Assembly (NCBI GenBank): GCA_951406725.2
Contig: OX597839.1
Location: forward strand, 7,626,001 to 7,690,000
DNA: 64,000 nt
Direction of reading: 5' to 3'
Source of the DNA: Octopus vulgaris
Taxonomy: Eukaryota
Shown here: positions 1 to 14,326 of the stretch, piece by piece
Layout of the letters: the number at the start of each line of letters is the position of its first letter
Numbering within the stretch: the first letter of the stretch is position 1
The notes under the pieces: model-generated
Seen by the model: the letters and a program-made list of their open reading frames with translations, nothing else
Told to the model about the DNA's origin: nothing
Databases searched by the model: none
Program-made: the position numbers and the translations under genes

Positions 1-637
1 TCTCTTTACCTCAGTGAGGCTAGATGATACGGAGATATCGCCATGTTGGACGAAGTTCTCCGTCACCGTTCTGTATATAAGTTTGAGTGAATGTATACAG
101 TACCATACACACTCACTCACTCACACACACAGAAACACACACACACACACACACACACGAGCATATACACTCAGATATATCTATACGTATATTATATCTG
201 TGTGTGTGTTCGTGTGTGAGAGAGTATATGCATATCGCACTCAAGCACACTTATACATATATATACAATAGACATGTAATTATGTATGTATAAATGCCTA
301 TATATATTTTATAGATACACACACACATATATATTTATACATACACATACATATATATACATTTATATATACGTACATATATATATAAATATATACATAT
401 ATATATGTATATATATACTTATATATATCCTTGTGCATACATACACACATATGTATATATATACATATATATGTATAAATAAACTTATATATATACTTGT
501 GTATGCATACACACACACACACATATGTATATATATATATATATATATAATTACATATCCATATATATACCTACTTATTTATATATTTATATATATAAAC
601 CTGTATATATAGTTATATATATGTGAATGCGTACACA

Positions 638-673
<36 letters not shown>

Positions 674-1237
674 ATATTGTCCTGTTCTAAATCGTTCGTT
701 GTAGCCATCATGCCAGTCGTCTGCTTATCGTTGTCATTTTAGTAATATGGACATGGAACGATGTGCCAGTTCTTATTACTGTTTCTACGTTTCACCCAAA
801 TTCTGTGTGTGAGATTAAAATCTCTTCTGCTTTCAATATATCCCTGCTGCCATACAGACGATAGATGATTATTAGTGAAATATTCTATTAAACTCCTATC
901 CTGAATTTAGCGGAATAGCTATGCGTTTTCGTCAACTACTTGACAAAGGAATTTATCGCTAAGTTCCTATAACTAGTATGACCCTTAATGGACGTAATGA
1001 AAATCTAGACTGAATCCTCTTTTTATTTTTGAAAGCTGCATAAACCATGAAGTTTTTATTTATTTACCTTTTGTCTCTGGCCTGTTATTTCCTATTTGTT
1101 TCTATCTAGAAATCAAAGAAAATGTCTGCTATTGCCTTCAACCTTTGCTTTTCTCACCTGTGTTGAAACTGCCATGTTTTTACATTACGTTTCAGACAGA
1201 TCTACGGCTGAGGTGCTGGATTTCAGAAATATTGTTC

Positions 1238-1703
<466 letters not shown>

Positions 1704-2181
1704 AAATATAACAAAAGCAAATTTCGAATGTAATATTAGACAACTTCCATAATTCCTAGGGGAAAACAGATAGGAAATAACAGTTGCAACCCAAGGACAA
1801 AAATCATGTTACAGAGTATATTATTAGTGTCGTGAAGTTGCTGACATTTGAAGCTGGAGAGGTGCTTCTGAAATGTTCAACATCTGCTGTCGTTATTCTC
1901 ATAAAGTTTGGAGAATATTTTATGGTTTATATGGCTTATATCAAGTGTACTTTGAGGAACTTTTCAGCATTCAGTTCAGGAATGCTTTATAATATATCTG
2001 CATGCATGAACAGTTTAGAATACATCACAGTTCTCTTGTTACTGCATGCTAAATTCTGTTGGCGTTAGATCTTTTATTACATGTTTTATAATGATGACAT
2101 TGTTGGCGCCAGTCTTTTGTGTAAATTCTCGGCAATGAACATCTCGGTTATCTGCTGTATTGTCATCTTTTTATCGTCCAT

Positions 2182-2413
2182 CTTTTACTTGTTTCAGTCA
2201 TTGGACTCGGCCATGCTGGAGCACCGCTTTAAAGTGACTTTGGTCAAACAAATCGACCCCCGATATTTTTTTTTTTAACTTCGAGTCTGCTATTTATTCT
2301 CTCAGCCTCTTTGTAGAACCGCTAAATTACGGGGATGTCAACAAACCGATACAGGTTTTCAAGTGGTAGGTTGTGGTGATGACAAACAGATTTCAAAACA
2401 CTCACACAGACAT

Positions 2414-2482
<69 letters not shown>

Positions 2483-2717
2483 TATACACATATATACACA
2501 CATATACTCTTTACTCTTTTACTTGTTTCAGTCATTTGACTACGGTCATGCTGGAGCACCACATTTAGTCGAGCAAATCAACCCCAGGACTTATTCTTTG
2601 TAAGCCTAGTACTTATTCTATCGGTCTCTTTTGCCGAACCGCTAAGTTACGGGGACGTAAACACACCACCATCGGTTGCCAAGCGATGCTGGAGGGACAA
2701 ACACAGACACATAAACT

Positions 2718-2769
<52 letters not shown>

Positions 2770-3176
2770 TACAAATACATTCTATTCTTTTACTTTACAG
2801 TCATTTGACTGTGGCCATGCTGGTGCACCGCCTTGAATTTTCAGCCGAATGAATCGACCCTTGTACGTAGTTTTTCAAGCCTGGTACTTACTTTATCGGT
2901 TTCTTTGGTCGGATCGCTAAGTTATGTGGAGGCAAACACGCTGACACCAGTTGTCAAGCAGTGGTGAGGAACAAACAGACACAATGACGCACACACATAG
3001 ATATACATACTTTTATACGATGGGCTTCTTTCAGTTTCCATCTACAAAATACACTCCAAAGGTTTTGGTCCGCCTGAGGCTATAGTAGACGACTCAAGCC
3101 CAAGGTGCCACGCAGTAGCACTGAACTCGGAACAATGTGGCTGGAAAATAAACTTCTTACCACTTAGCCACACTCC

Positions 3177-3181
<5 letters not shown>
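2182..3181 (-). mobile_element. Cluster of three SINE-A copies (two 3' halves and one diverged near full-length copy at 2785-3181)
   Basis: Repeated ttttacttgtttcagtcatt..gccatgctggagcacc tail; the head reverse complement (cccaaggtgccacgcagt..ttaccac..ccacactcctg) is at 3099-3180. Confidence 0.8.
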
Positions 3182-3237
<56 letters not shown>

Positions 3238-3238
3238 G

Positions 3239-3442
<204 letters not shown>

Positions 3443-4124
3443 TACGACGGTCTTGCACACAGTTTTCGTCGACCAAATTGACTCGATCCGGAGCTATAGC
3501 AGAAGAGACTCAACCAAGTTGACTTACAATGCGTGTCTCTTAACTACAGTCATACCTGTAGCACATTTACAGAACTTTTAAACGTTTGGTGAATTACTTC
3601 CCTCAAAATTTCACAGAAAACTTCAAGGTTTGCATTAACTAAACCAAGTTAATAATATAAATACCAGCTGAGCACTGCGGATCGATATGATTGCTGGCCT
3701 TGTGCTAATATTTGAAAGTAATATTTAGACCAGGCGTGGTCTAGGTTTCTCGAGCAGCGGGCTGCATGAGGCATGGGACATACTCAGATATGCTTCACTA
3801 CAACAAGATTTCAAGGTAATTTTTCGTTTAGACGTGCCGTTCGGAAAGTTTCTCACCCCACACTTTGCCCTCGAATGATTTAAATCTCATTCAGATGACT
3901 ACAGTGCTAGAAATTGCAGCGAAATGTTTCTCAAGTTATAGTTTACCATTTAAAGTTAAAATGTAATTTGAGGACACGACACACTGGAGAATGTAGTTTT
4001 AGATTCAGTGAGCGTAAATTGAAATGAGGACGAGTTGGTCACAGCTGGAAAGACTTTGTTCGCATACCTACTAAATTTAGCCCTTAGCTACAGCTAAACA
4101 CAAAATACCAACACCAACCACAAT

Positions 4125-4345
<221 letters not shown>

Positions 4346-4771
4346 TTCAATGACAAAAATAATGTACATTCTACTGAAAATACAATGAACTGCTTACTCT
4401 ATATGTCGTTCACTGTACATGCGGAGACGAACAGACATCATTTAAGTATACTTACATCTACTAGTATAAGGCACATATACACACGCGCACACACACACAC
4501 ACATACAGGCACACACCCACACATGCACAAAAGAAAATCAGACAGCTGTAGATCAAATATGCACCCACACTTAGATGCGCTGCATTCTTATATCTACCCA
4601 TATGTATGTCATTATTCAGTTGTATTTCAAGCTTTCTTGCCAACAGAGAAAGTGCCGGTTTCTAGCATAGATCCAAGGCTCCTTCATTGGAATTCCAACG
4701 ACATCAACTGGGTATTTGTGAATATTTGTGTGCATATGCGCAGTATTTGCAGTCAGTGCATATGCAGATAA

Positions 4772-5408
4772 GGCGGCGAGCTGACAGAAACGTTAGCACG
4801 CTGGGCGAAATGCTTAGCGGTATTTCGTCTGGTTAAGAAATTAGCTTTCCACCTACGAAGGTCTTTTGTTAGCGGTATTTCGAATGCTGCTACGTTCTGA
4901 GTTCAAATTCCGCCGAGGTCGACTTTGCCTTTCATCCTTTCGGGGTCGATTAAATAAGTACCAGTTACGCACTGGGGTCGATATAATCGACTTAATCCCT
5001 TTGTCTGTCCTTGTTTGTCCCCTATGTGTTTAGTCCCTTGTGGGTAGTAAAGAAATAGGTATTTCGAATGCCGTTACGTTCTGAGTTAAAATTCCGCCGA
5101 GGTCGACTTTGCCTTTCATCCTTTCCGGGTCGATTATATAAGTACCAGTTACGCATTGGGGTCTATATAATCGACTTAATCCCTTTGTCTGTCCCTCTAT
5201 ATTTAGCCCCTTGTGGGTAATAAAGAAATAGGGTTTTTTTTTCTGCCGCTACGTTCTGAGTTAAAATTCCGCCGAGGTCGACTTTGCCTTTCATCCTTTC
5301 GTGGTCGATTATATAAGTACCAGTTACGCACTGGGGTCTATATAATCGACTTAATCCCTTTGTCTGTCCCCTCTATGTTTAGCCCCTTGTGGGCAATAAA
5401 GAAATAAG
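4772..5408 (+). mobile_element. Tandem multimer of tRNA-derived SINE-B (Meta-domain-like core)
   Basis: Head ggcggcgagctgacagaaacg with B-box-like gagttcaaattcc; core gactttgcctttcatcctttcggggtcgat..aagtaccag resembles the MetaSINE central domain; three units of about 170-184 bp; agtgcatatgca duplicated on both sides. Confidence 0.85.
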
Positions 5409-5467
5409 TGCATATGCAAATTTGTATGTCTTGTTTTAGGTATGGATATCTAAATATGCTCATATAT

Positions 5468-5695
5468 ACTCTTTTACTCTTTTACTTGTTTCAATCATTT
5501 GACTGCGGCCATGCTGGAGCACCGCCTTTAATCGAGCAACTCGACCCCGGGACTTATTCTTTTGTAAGCCCAGTACTTATTCTATCGGTCTCTTTTGCCG
5601 AACCGCTAAGTAACGGGGACATAAACACACCAGCATCGGTTGTCAAGCAATGCAAGGGGGATAAATACAGACACACAAACGTACAGACACACGTA

Positions 5696-5767
<72 letters not shown>

Positions 5768-5928
5768 TACGACGGACTTCTTTCAGTTTCCGTCTACCAA
5801 ATCCACTCACAAGGCATTGGTCGGCCCGAGGCTATAGTGGAAGACACTTGCCCAAGGTGACACGCAGTGGGACTGAACCCGGAACCATGCGGTTGGTAAA
5901 CAAGCTACTTACCACACAGCCACTCCTG
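5468..5928 (-). mobile_element. SINE-A, full length (tRNA-derived, probably the octopus OK-type family)
   Basis: Reverse complement of caggagtggctgtgtggtaagtagc..ggttcagtcccactgcgtg..cttgggcaagtgtc head, internal (TA)n, and ctccagcatggccgcagtcaaatga..aacaagtaaaagag tail. The family name is from recall, not from a search. Confidence 0.9.
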
Positions 5929-6276
5929 TATACTTATATATATTCGTTTGTGCAGCGAGAAACAGTCCTTCCGTTTCGGCTTTTAGGCCAGAGCTTTTGA
6001 GCCATTGTTAGATTTTTCTTAGGCTCACTTCCTCTCTGTCAAGCCTTGCAGGGTAATGGCTATGAAGTGATTTTTCTCTCCATTTCTTCGTCGGTTTTCT
6101 GTCTTTCTGACTACTTCTATGTTGTCATTCGAGATCAGTGTATCAGTGTAATTTCTTTCTCTTTTCTATTTTGTCCCCTCCTTGGTTAGAAAGAGAGGCG
6201 CTTTATTTTATTCGTATTGCTTTACTACATGCAGTAGTCTTCCACTCTTTATTTCTAAGTTATTATTATAAATTCT

Positions 6277-6479
6277 GCGAGATGGCAGAATTATTAGCAC
6301 GCCGGGCGAAATGCGTAACGCCATTTTGCTCGCCTTAAAGATCTGAGTTCAAACTGCGCCGAGGTCGTGCCTTTCATCGTTTCGGGGTCGATAAAATTGA
6401 TACCAGTTGAGTAATGGTGTCGATGTAATCGACTTAAACCCGTCCCCCAAAATTCAGGCCTTGTGCCTATAGCAGTAAA

Positions 6480-6480
<1 letters not shown>
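6277..6480 (+). mobile_element. SINE-B, diverged single copy
   Basis: ttagcacgccgggcgaaatgc..gagttcaaa..gcctttcatcgtttcggggtcgataaa. Confidence 0.8.
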
Positions 6481-6575
<95 letters not shown>

Positions 6576-6576
6576 T

Positions 6577-6640
<64 letters not shown>

Positions 6641-6645
<5 letters not shown>

Positions 6646-7228
6646 TAGTTTTATTTTTATAGCGTGCTTTCACTTCACTACCGAGCGTAGCTCTGTGTGC
6701 CTTGGGTATGTACTGTGATTTGTTGTGATGCTCTTATGGTTACTGTATTGAAAGTGTTCTGTGTAGGTTGTATGCAGTGCCCATTAATGCAATTTTCTCT
6801 ATGTTATATATATTTGTAAGTCCTGGTGTTGTTGTCATATATTTGTCTTCTCTTGTTTTTTTTTCTTTTTTTAGTTTCAGCTCAGAGCTGCGGCCATGCT
6901 GATGCACCGCCGTTTTGTGCTACACTGTTATTACTAAGAGCCTCCTCTGAATATTTTTTATCATACCTAATGCACCTACTATGATAGGAATTGTTTCTGT
7001 TTTTAGATTCCACATTCGAGTAACTTCTATTTCCAGGTCTTTGTATTTTGAAAGTTTCTCCATTTCTCTTAGAGAAACGTTGTCAACTGCTGCTATTGAT
7101 ACATCAATTAGAAAGCATTTTTTCTTCATGATCTCTGACAACTATATCTGGTCTATTGGCCTTAATTTCTTTATCTGTGTGTATTGGCATATCCCAAAGT
7201 ATGGTTGCTTTCTCGTTTTCTGTGACCT
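6641..7228 (-). mobile_element. 5'-truncated R4/Dong-type non-LTR retrotransposon (restriction-like endonuclease region + 3' UTR) in (TAA)n
   Basis: Frameshifted translation ILWDMPIHTDKEIKANRPDIVV..CFLIDVSI..KLSKYKDLEIEVTRMW..IPIIVGALG contains the RPD..D..K-Y REL motifs; both flanks are (TAA)n; short insertion at about 6855-6945. Confidence 0.85.
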
Positions 7229-7236
7229 CATTATTA

Positions 7237-7319
<83 letters not shown>

Positions 7320-7496
7320 TTTCATTTTGATATTTATAATTTCAAATGGCAGAATGTTAGTGCTGTCAAAAATTGTGGTAGCGACAGCAATTTCATTTAT
7401 TTATTTTTTTTCATTATTACAAGATTTTTATTATATATTTATTACACCGCAAATATACCTTTGTGTATGTGTGCATAACATATGGAAAGACAGATT

Positions 7497-7575
<79 letters not shown>

Positions 7576-7904
7576 GGATAGATATATTGATAGATGCACA
7601 TACACACATATATGTAAATATACCTGCACGCGGGAGTGTGCACGTGTATAGTAAAGATGTTGCTGTCACATGCAATTATACACCCAAAACTTCTTATGCA
7701 GACAAACGAATATACACACAAGTACTCTCTCTCACTCTCTCTTTGTCTCTTTCTGTCTCTCACATATATGTATATGTGTGTGTGTGCGCGCGCGTATGTG
7801 TGTCTGTGTTTGTATGTGAGCGAACATTTATACCATATATTATATTATACGAAGAAATTATACCTACATACGCATTATATTCATGTGTGTTTGTGTGTAT
7901 AACA

Positions 7905-7936
<32 letters not shown>

Positions 7937-7974
7937 ATATATACATATACATATATATATGCATATATATATGC

Positions 7975-8049
<75 letters not shown>

Positions 8050-8152
8050 TATGTGCATATATACATATATATATACATATATATACATATACATATATAT
8101 ATATACATATATACATATATATATATATACATATATATACATATGTTTATAT

Positions 8153-8196
<44 letters not shown>

Positions 8197-8226
8197 AGAG
8201 ACATACATATAGAAAGAGAGACAGAC

Positions 8227-8277
<51 letters not shown>

Positions 8278-9143
8278 AAAGAGAGAGAGAGAACGAGAGA
8301 GAATGCTCGAAAGTGAATCAAAGAAAAAAAATATGGAGAGTATTGAGCGTGTAAGTATAAATTACGGTTTTTTTTAATGAATTTTTGTGTTGAGTCGACA
8401 CCAGCTACGTTCTTATCAGTCATTTAATATAAATATATAGAAAGAAAAAACACAACAGTTTGATATTGAAGATGGCCGATTTTTTTTGTTCATAGATCCA
8501 AGATATAATCTCACTGAGCAAGATAAATGGCGCTCACTTTTAGTTGGGTGGTATACCATCATATTATATCTCTGTGTCACTGTGGCTCCCAGTATTTTTG
8601 ACTGTCTGTGTGTCTTTGTCCCTTACTGTCACAGATTATCTCTTTATCTCTTTTTCTGAAAGTTAACAGATAACTATATTTTATCGAATTATCTGTCTAT
8701 CTACTCGAACATATATACATGTATGTATGTATATATGTATGTATTATGTATGTATGTATGCATGTATGTATGTATGTATGTATGCATGTATGTATGTATG
8801 TATGTATGCATGTATGTATGTATGTATGCATGTATGTATGTATGCATGTATGTATGCATGTGTGTATGTATGTATATATGTATGTACGTGTGTATAAATG
8901 AATTTATGTATGTATGTATGAATGAATGGATGTATGTATGTATGAATGTATTTATACATATATGTATGTTTGTAGTACGTATGCATGCACGATATATATG
9001 ATATATATATTATATATGCATGTATATATACATGTAGATGTCGGTACGTACATATATGTTTGTATGTATGCATATATTTTATTTATTACATTATATATAT
9101 ATATATAGATATATATATATATATATATATATGATTTTTGTAT

Positions 9144-9178
<35 letters not shown>

Positions 9179-9752
9179 ATATATATAATATATTATTTAT
9201 ATATATATTATGTTTGTATGTGTATATTTGTATATACATATGGATATTTGTGTAAAAGTATATATACGTGTATCTTGAATATTTATGTCCTTGCAAAAAA
9301 TGTATGGATGTGCATACGTACATATCTATGTATGAGTCCGTTTAATGTATGTGCGTGATGTATATACATATAAATATGTGTGTTTGATATCTATGAAAGT
9401 ATGACAGGGTAGATGTATAACAGTTTTATCAACCTTTGTTAACTATAAACCTTTATATGACATTATCAACGTACTCATTGCATATGTATGCGTATGCACT
9501 GGTCCAGGCGGTCTGTATGGTACGAAGCTTCCCTTCCTGTCATGTGGTTCCAGGTTCATTTCAACTAAGCAAACTTGGCAAGTGTCTTCTGCAATAGTTC
9601 CGTGCTGACCAAAGCACTGGGAGTGGTTGGTATCCCTATGTATATACCCTAAATTATAATTTTAAATAATTATTACCTTTGAAGGTTTTTATTCCCTTGC
9701 TGGCTACCTGATAAGATCGGTGTTTAAATATCGATATTATCCTTATATATAT

Positions 9753-10161
9753 ACTCTTTTACTCTCTTACTCTTTTACTTGTTTCAGTCATTTTGACTGC
9801 GGCCATGCTGGAGCACCGCCTTTAATCGAGCAATTCGACCCCGGGTCTTATTCTTTTGTAAGCCCAGTACTTATTCTATCTGTCTCTTTTGCCGAACCGC
9901 TAAGTAACGGGGACATAAACACACCAGCATCGGTTGTCAAGCAATGCTAGGGGAACAAACATAGACACACAAACAAACACACACACATATGTATACATAT
10001 ATACGGCAGGCTTCTTTCAGTTTCCGTCTACCAAATCCACTCACAAGGCATTGGTCGGCCCGATGCTATAGAAGACACTTGCCCAAGGTGCCACGCAGTG
10101 GGACTGAACCCGGAACCATGTGGTTGGTAAACAAGCTACTTACCACACAGCTACTCCTGCG

Positions 10162-10163
<2 letters not shown>
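9753..10163 (-). mobile_element. SINE-A, full length
   Basis: Same head and tail as 5468-5928. Confidence 0.9.
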
Positions 10164-10250
<87 letters not shown>

Positions 10251-10255
<5 letters not shown>

Positions 10256-10508
10256 TACAAACTGGGACAAGAACGCAAAACATTTAGAAGACGATACAAA
10301 AAACACGGACGGGACATTCGAAGCCTTCAATCTTCAGTCAAGAACCGGATCATCCTCGCAATTTCGGCTGATTAATCTTGAGATTGCCCCAATCTGGCCA
10401 GCCCCGAGGAAAATCTAAGCTAAGAGCATTAGATTCCTTGGAAGAAAGCTTCGAATGTATACAAAACAAAGATGGAAAAACGGACGATGTCACACGAACA
10501 TGAACACA
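10251..10508. mobile_element. Short, highly self-complementary unclassified element between microsatellites
   Basis: Nested inverted repeats acattcgaagc/gcttcgaatgt, tcctcg/cgagga, ggctg/cagcc, agattg/caatct, aatcta/tagatt; flanked by (TG)n and (TA)n. Confidence 0.5.
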
Positions 10509-10629
10509 ATTATATATATATATATAGAACAGCATATACAGGATAAAATCCTTACAGAGAAGATGCCGTTCTATCAGTACTTATGCGTTGAAAAATATCT
10601 TTCTACTTGTAATATATATATATTATATA

Positions 10630-10832
10630 TCTATTATATAAAATCCGTTCTGTCTGTGTGTGTGTGTATGTGTCTTCTAGGATCTCGGGCTTCCTTCATC
10701 CGATTGTGCTCAAATTTGATATGTAGATACCGACGTTACCAGGGCGTGTACAAGTCTTGAAAAAATTACCAGAATCGATTCTAGGTGAGAATGCGATCGA
10801 TAAAGCCCTGGGAACGGGGGGCGTTTTGCTCG
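10630..10832 (+). mobile_element. Non-autonomous Helitron-like element
   Basis: 5' TCTATTATATAAAA start after an A; GC-rich subterminal hairpin gccctgggaacggggggc; 3' CTCG (a CTAG variant) followed by T; no TSD. Confidence 0.6.
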
Positions 10833-10869
10833 TATATATATATATATATGTTGTATGCATATATCTATG

Positions 10870-11082
10870 TGTGTGTCTTTATGCCTGTCTTTGTCCCGTA
10901 TCACCGCTAGACAACCGGTGTTGGTGTGTTTATATACCCATTGCTTAGCGGTTCGTTAAAAGAGACCGACAGAATAGGTACTAGGTTTAAGAAGTATGTC
11001 ATGGAGTCGATTTGTTCGAATAACGTTCTCCAAGGTGGAACTCCAGTATGGCCGCAGTCAAATGACTGAAACAAGTAAAAGA
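10870..11082 (+). mobile_element. SINE-A 3' half, diverged
   Basis: ttagcggttcg..agagaccga..ctccagtatggccgcagtcaaatgactgaaacaagtaaaaga. Confidence 0.8.
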
Positions 11083-11115
11083 TAATAGATACTAAGAATT
11101 ACGTACAGGTAGTTG

Positions 11116-11310
11116 TTGGTTTGTGGTTGCGATTGTGGCGGTTTAACTGTGGTGAGGGTATGGTTGTGGTAGTGGTGCTAGTTGTGGTGGTGGTGGTGGT
11201 GGTGGTGTTATTGGTTGTGTGGTTGTTAGGTTGGCAATGGATTGGGGATTGGTTGTGGCGGTTTAACTGTGGTGAGGGTATGGTTGTAGTAGTGGTGCTA
11301 GTTGTGGTGG
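11116..11310. repeat. 120-bp tandem duplication in GGT-rich low-complexity DNA
   Basis: ttgtggcggtttaactgtggtgagggtatggttgt occurs at 11133 and 11253. Confidence 0.8.
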
Positions 11311-11322
11311 TATTGTGCTTGT

Positions 11323-11550
11323 GGCGAGCTGGCAGAAACGTTAGCACGCCGGGCGAAATGCTTAGCGGTATTTCGTCTGCGTTACATTGTGAGTTCAAAT
11401 TCCGTCGAGGTCGACTTTGCCTTTCATCCTTTCGGGGTCGATAAATTAAGTACCAGTTACGCACTGGGGTCGATGTAATCGACTTAATACCTATGTCTGT
11501 CCTTGTTTGTCCCCTCTGTGTTTAGCCCCTTGTGGGTAATAAAGAAATAG
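11323..11550 (+). mobile_element. SINE-B, single copy
   Basis: ggcgagctggcagaaacgttagcacg head through aataaagaaatag tail; ggtattgtg repeated at both flanks. Confidence 0.9.
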
Positions 11551-12092
11551 GTATTGTGGTGGTGGTGGTGGTGGTGGTGGTGGTGGTGATGGTGGTGTTG
11601 TTGGGTGTGTAGTTGCTAGGTTGGCACTGGATTGGGGATTGGTTGTAGTTGTCATGACGGTGGTAACATTATTGTAGTGGGATGGTTGTGGTACTGGGGG
11701 TAATGAGATCGGGATGCTTGTCCTAGGGTGGTTGTGGAACTGCAAATTGTTGTTGTGCTGGTATTAGTGTGGTTTTACAGGTGGTTTGGTTGTGGTAATA
11801 TTTTTTTGGTAGTGATGTTTGTTTTAAGCGATGTGGTTGCGGTGGCGGTGCTGGTGTGATGGTTGTAGCTTGATTGTGGTGGTGATGTATTTTTGGTAGT
11901 GATGACACAGTTGTGATGATGGTTTGGCTATGGTATGGCCTGGCAGGGTGATGGTAGTGGTTGTGATGATGGTTGTGCTGGAGGTGATTGTGGTGGTGAT
12001 GGGTGTGGTAGTGGCGGTTGTGGTATTGATGATGGTGGAGATGGTAGTAGTGGTTGTGGTGGTGGTGGTTGTCGTAGAGATGATGTTGTTGC

Positions 12093-12141
<49 letters not shown>

Positions 12142-12229
12142 GGTGGTGGTGGTGGTGGTGGTGGTGGTGGTGATGGTGCTGTAGGTTTGATGGTGGATGT
12201 AAACTACGAAAAAATTCGAGCAATTAATA

Positions 12230-12283
<54 letters not shown>

Positions 12284-13239
12284 TGGATTCTCCAAGAAGT
12301 AAAGAAATATCTAACAAAAGATGTCACAAAAAAAATTATTTAAAAGAAATTCCAACGGGAAAAAAATAACAACACACACACACATGCACACACATATACA
12401 CACATACACACACACATAACATCAATAAATTGGCAGCAGCAGCAATGACATCGACAACAACAACAACAACAACAACAACAACCAAACAACACAGAAATAG
12501 CAGCAACAATTACATCGAAACAAAACTATTAGAGTTACAAAACTATTCAAAACCGAAATAGTCGGTTTTCGCAAATATAACAAAAAGCAAGAATTCGTTG
12601 GTTCTCTTTTAGCATCTAAGCCACCGCTAATTTGCTATTTAAAGGAGGTGGGCCTACGTCTGACACACTATTTACTCTTAAACAACATTCTACCGCCCTT
12701 CCCTTCTTTACTCCACTCTATTTGTTTATTAGGGATCGGGAACGGGCAAGTTGTAGTCTAAATGGAAGAATAGAAGAATGATATTTCCGGTCCAACGATA
12801 AGTTGAATTTTTTTTGTATGTAATTCCATCTGCTCCTTCTTTCCATTCTTTTCTAATTCTTGTTCTATTTATTCGTTCTCTTGCAGCATTCTTTGCAGTT
12901 ATTTTTGTTATTCTTGTTGTTGTTATTATTATTTGTGTTGTTTGTTGTTTATTCTTCCCCTTCCTCCTCTCTTCCGATTCGTTTTGTATATTTTTGTTTC
13001 ACACACACACACATATATTTCTTTGGGTTTTTCTTTTACCATTCTCCAATCTCAAATTTCATGTATAAAACGTGTGAATATGTGATACATGTGTGCGTAT
13101 ATTTCAGCATGTATATGGGTGTGAGTGAATGCAGGTTTCCATATGTGTTTGTGTGTGTTCATAGTATCACTATGTGTATAAGAATCTACCATGTGTCTTA
13201 TAAGTAAAACTCGTCTCTAGATGTTTATTGACGTGTAAG

Positions 13240-13265
13240 AATCTGACTTACGAACGCGTCGTTTG

Positions 13266-13346
<81 letters not shown>

Positions 13347-13369
13347 ACGACGCGTTCGTAAGACAGATT
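13240..13369. repeat. Palindrome: about 24-bp inverted arms around (TA)n
   Basis: aatctgacttacgaacgcgtcgtt .. (TA)n .. aacgacgcgttcgtaagacagatt, one mismatch. Confidence 0.85.
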
Positions 13370-13521
13370 TATTATATATACATATATATATATATTTATT
13401 ATATATACATATATATATATATTTTATATATATATATATGTAAATACGTTTTCAGGTATAAATTTATTTTATACACATTTACGTTTATTTACATATAAAC
13501 AAGCTCATACAGATGTGCGTG

Positions 13522-13585
<64 letters not shown>

Positions 13586-13777
13586 TGTGTGTGTGTGTGT
13601 GTGAATATACGTAATTCTGTCTCTGTTTTACATGCCTAAAATGGTTCTACAATGATGTTATTGTTTCAGCTTTAACAGACCTTCTCAGATAAAGTTACTG
13701 GCTTACGTGTAAGTATATAATCAAATTTCCCTTTTTTTTCTGGAAAAAATATAAACACATAATGCTCATAAGTATAT

Positions 13778-13817
<40 letters not shown>

Positions 13818-13854
13818 TTACTTATTTATGTATATTATACCCCGACTCAACCCT

Positions 13855-13918
<64 letters not shown>

Positions 13919-14326
13919 GTATAAATATACATACGTACTGAATCTTATTTTTTTCCCAAAAGTATGTTTTCAAAAAATTGATTAAACTACAATGTAATTT
14001 CGCCAGACAAGTTCATAGAGTGACTCCCTTTTCTGAGATTTCAAAGTCGAATGCAATGATAAGTTAACAGAAATAAATAAAATAAAATAAAATAAAATAA
14101 AATAAAATAAAATAAAATAAAATAAATGCATAACTATAGGGGATTTCGAGAATTCCCAGGGAAGCCAGAACTGAAATGAAAATCATGAGCTTGAAATAGA
14201 CGTTGTAATACGCATCGCTTGCACGGTTTTTCGAAAGCATTAAAATATTTTTTTTTGTCGTTAGCTTTCGTAAAAAAAAAAAAAGCTCAAAATTTAGGCG
14301 CAAGCGTAACTGTCTGGTGAGAAGCT

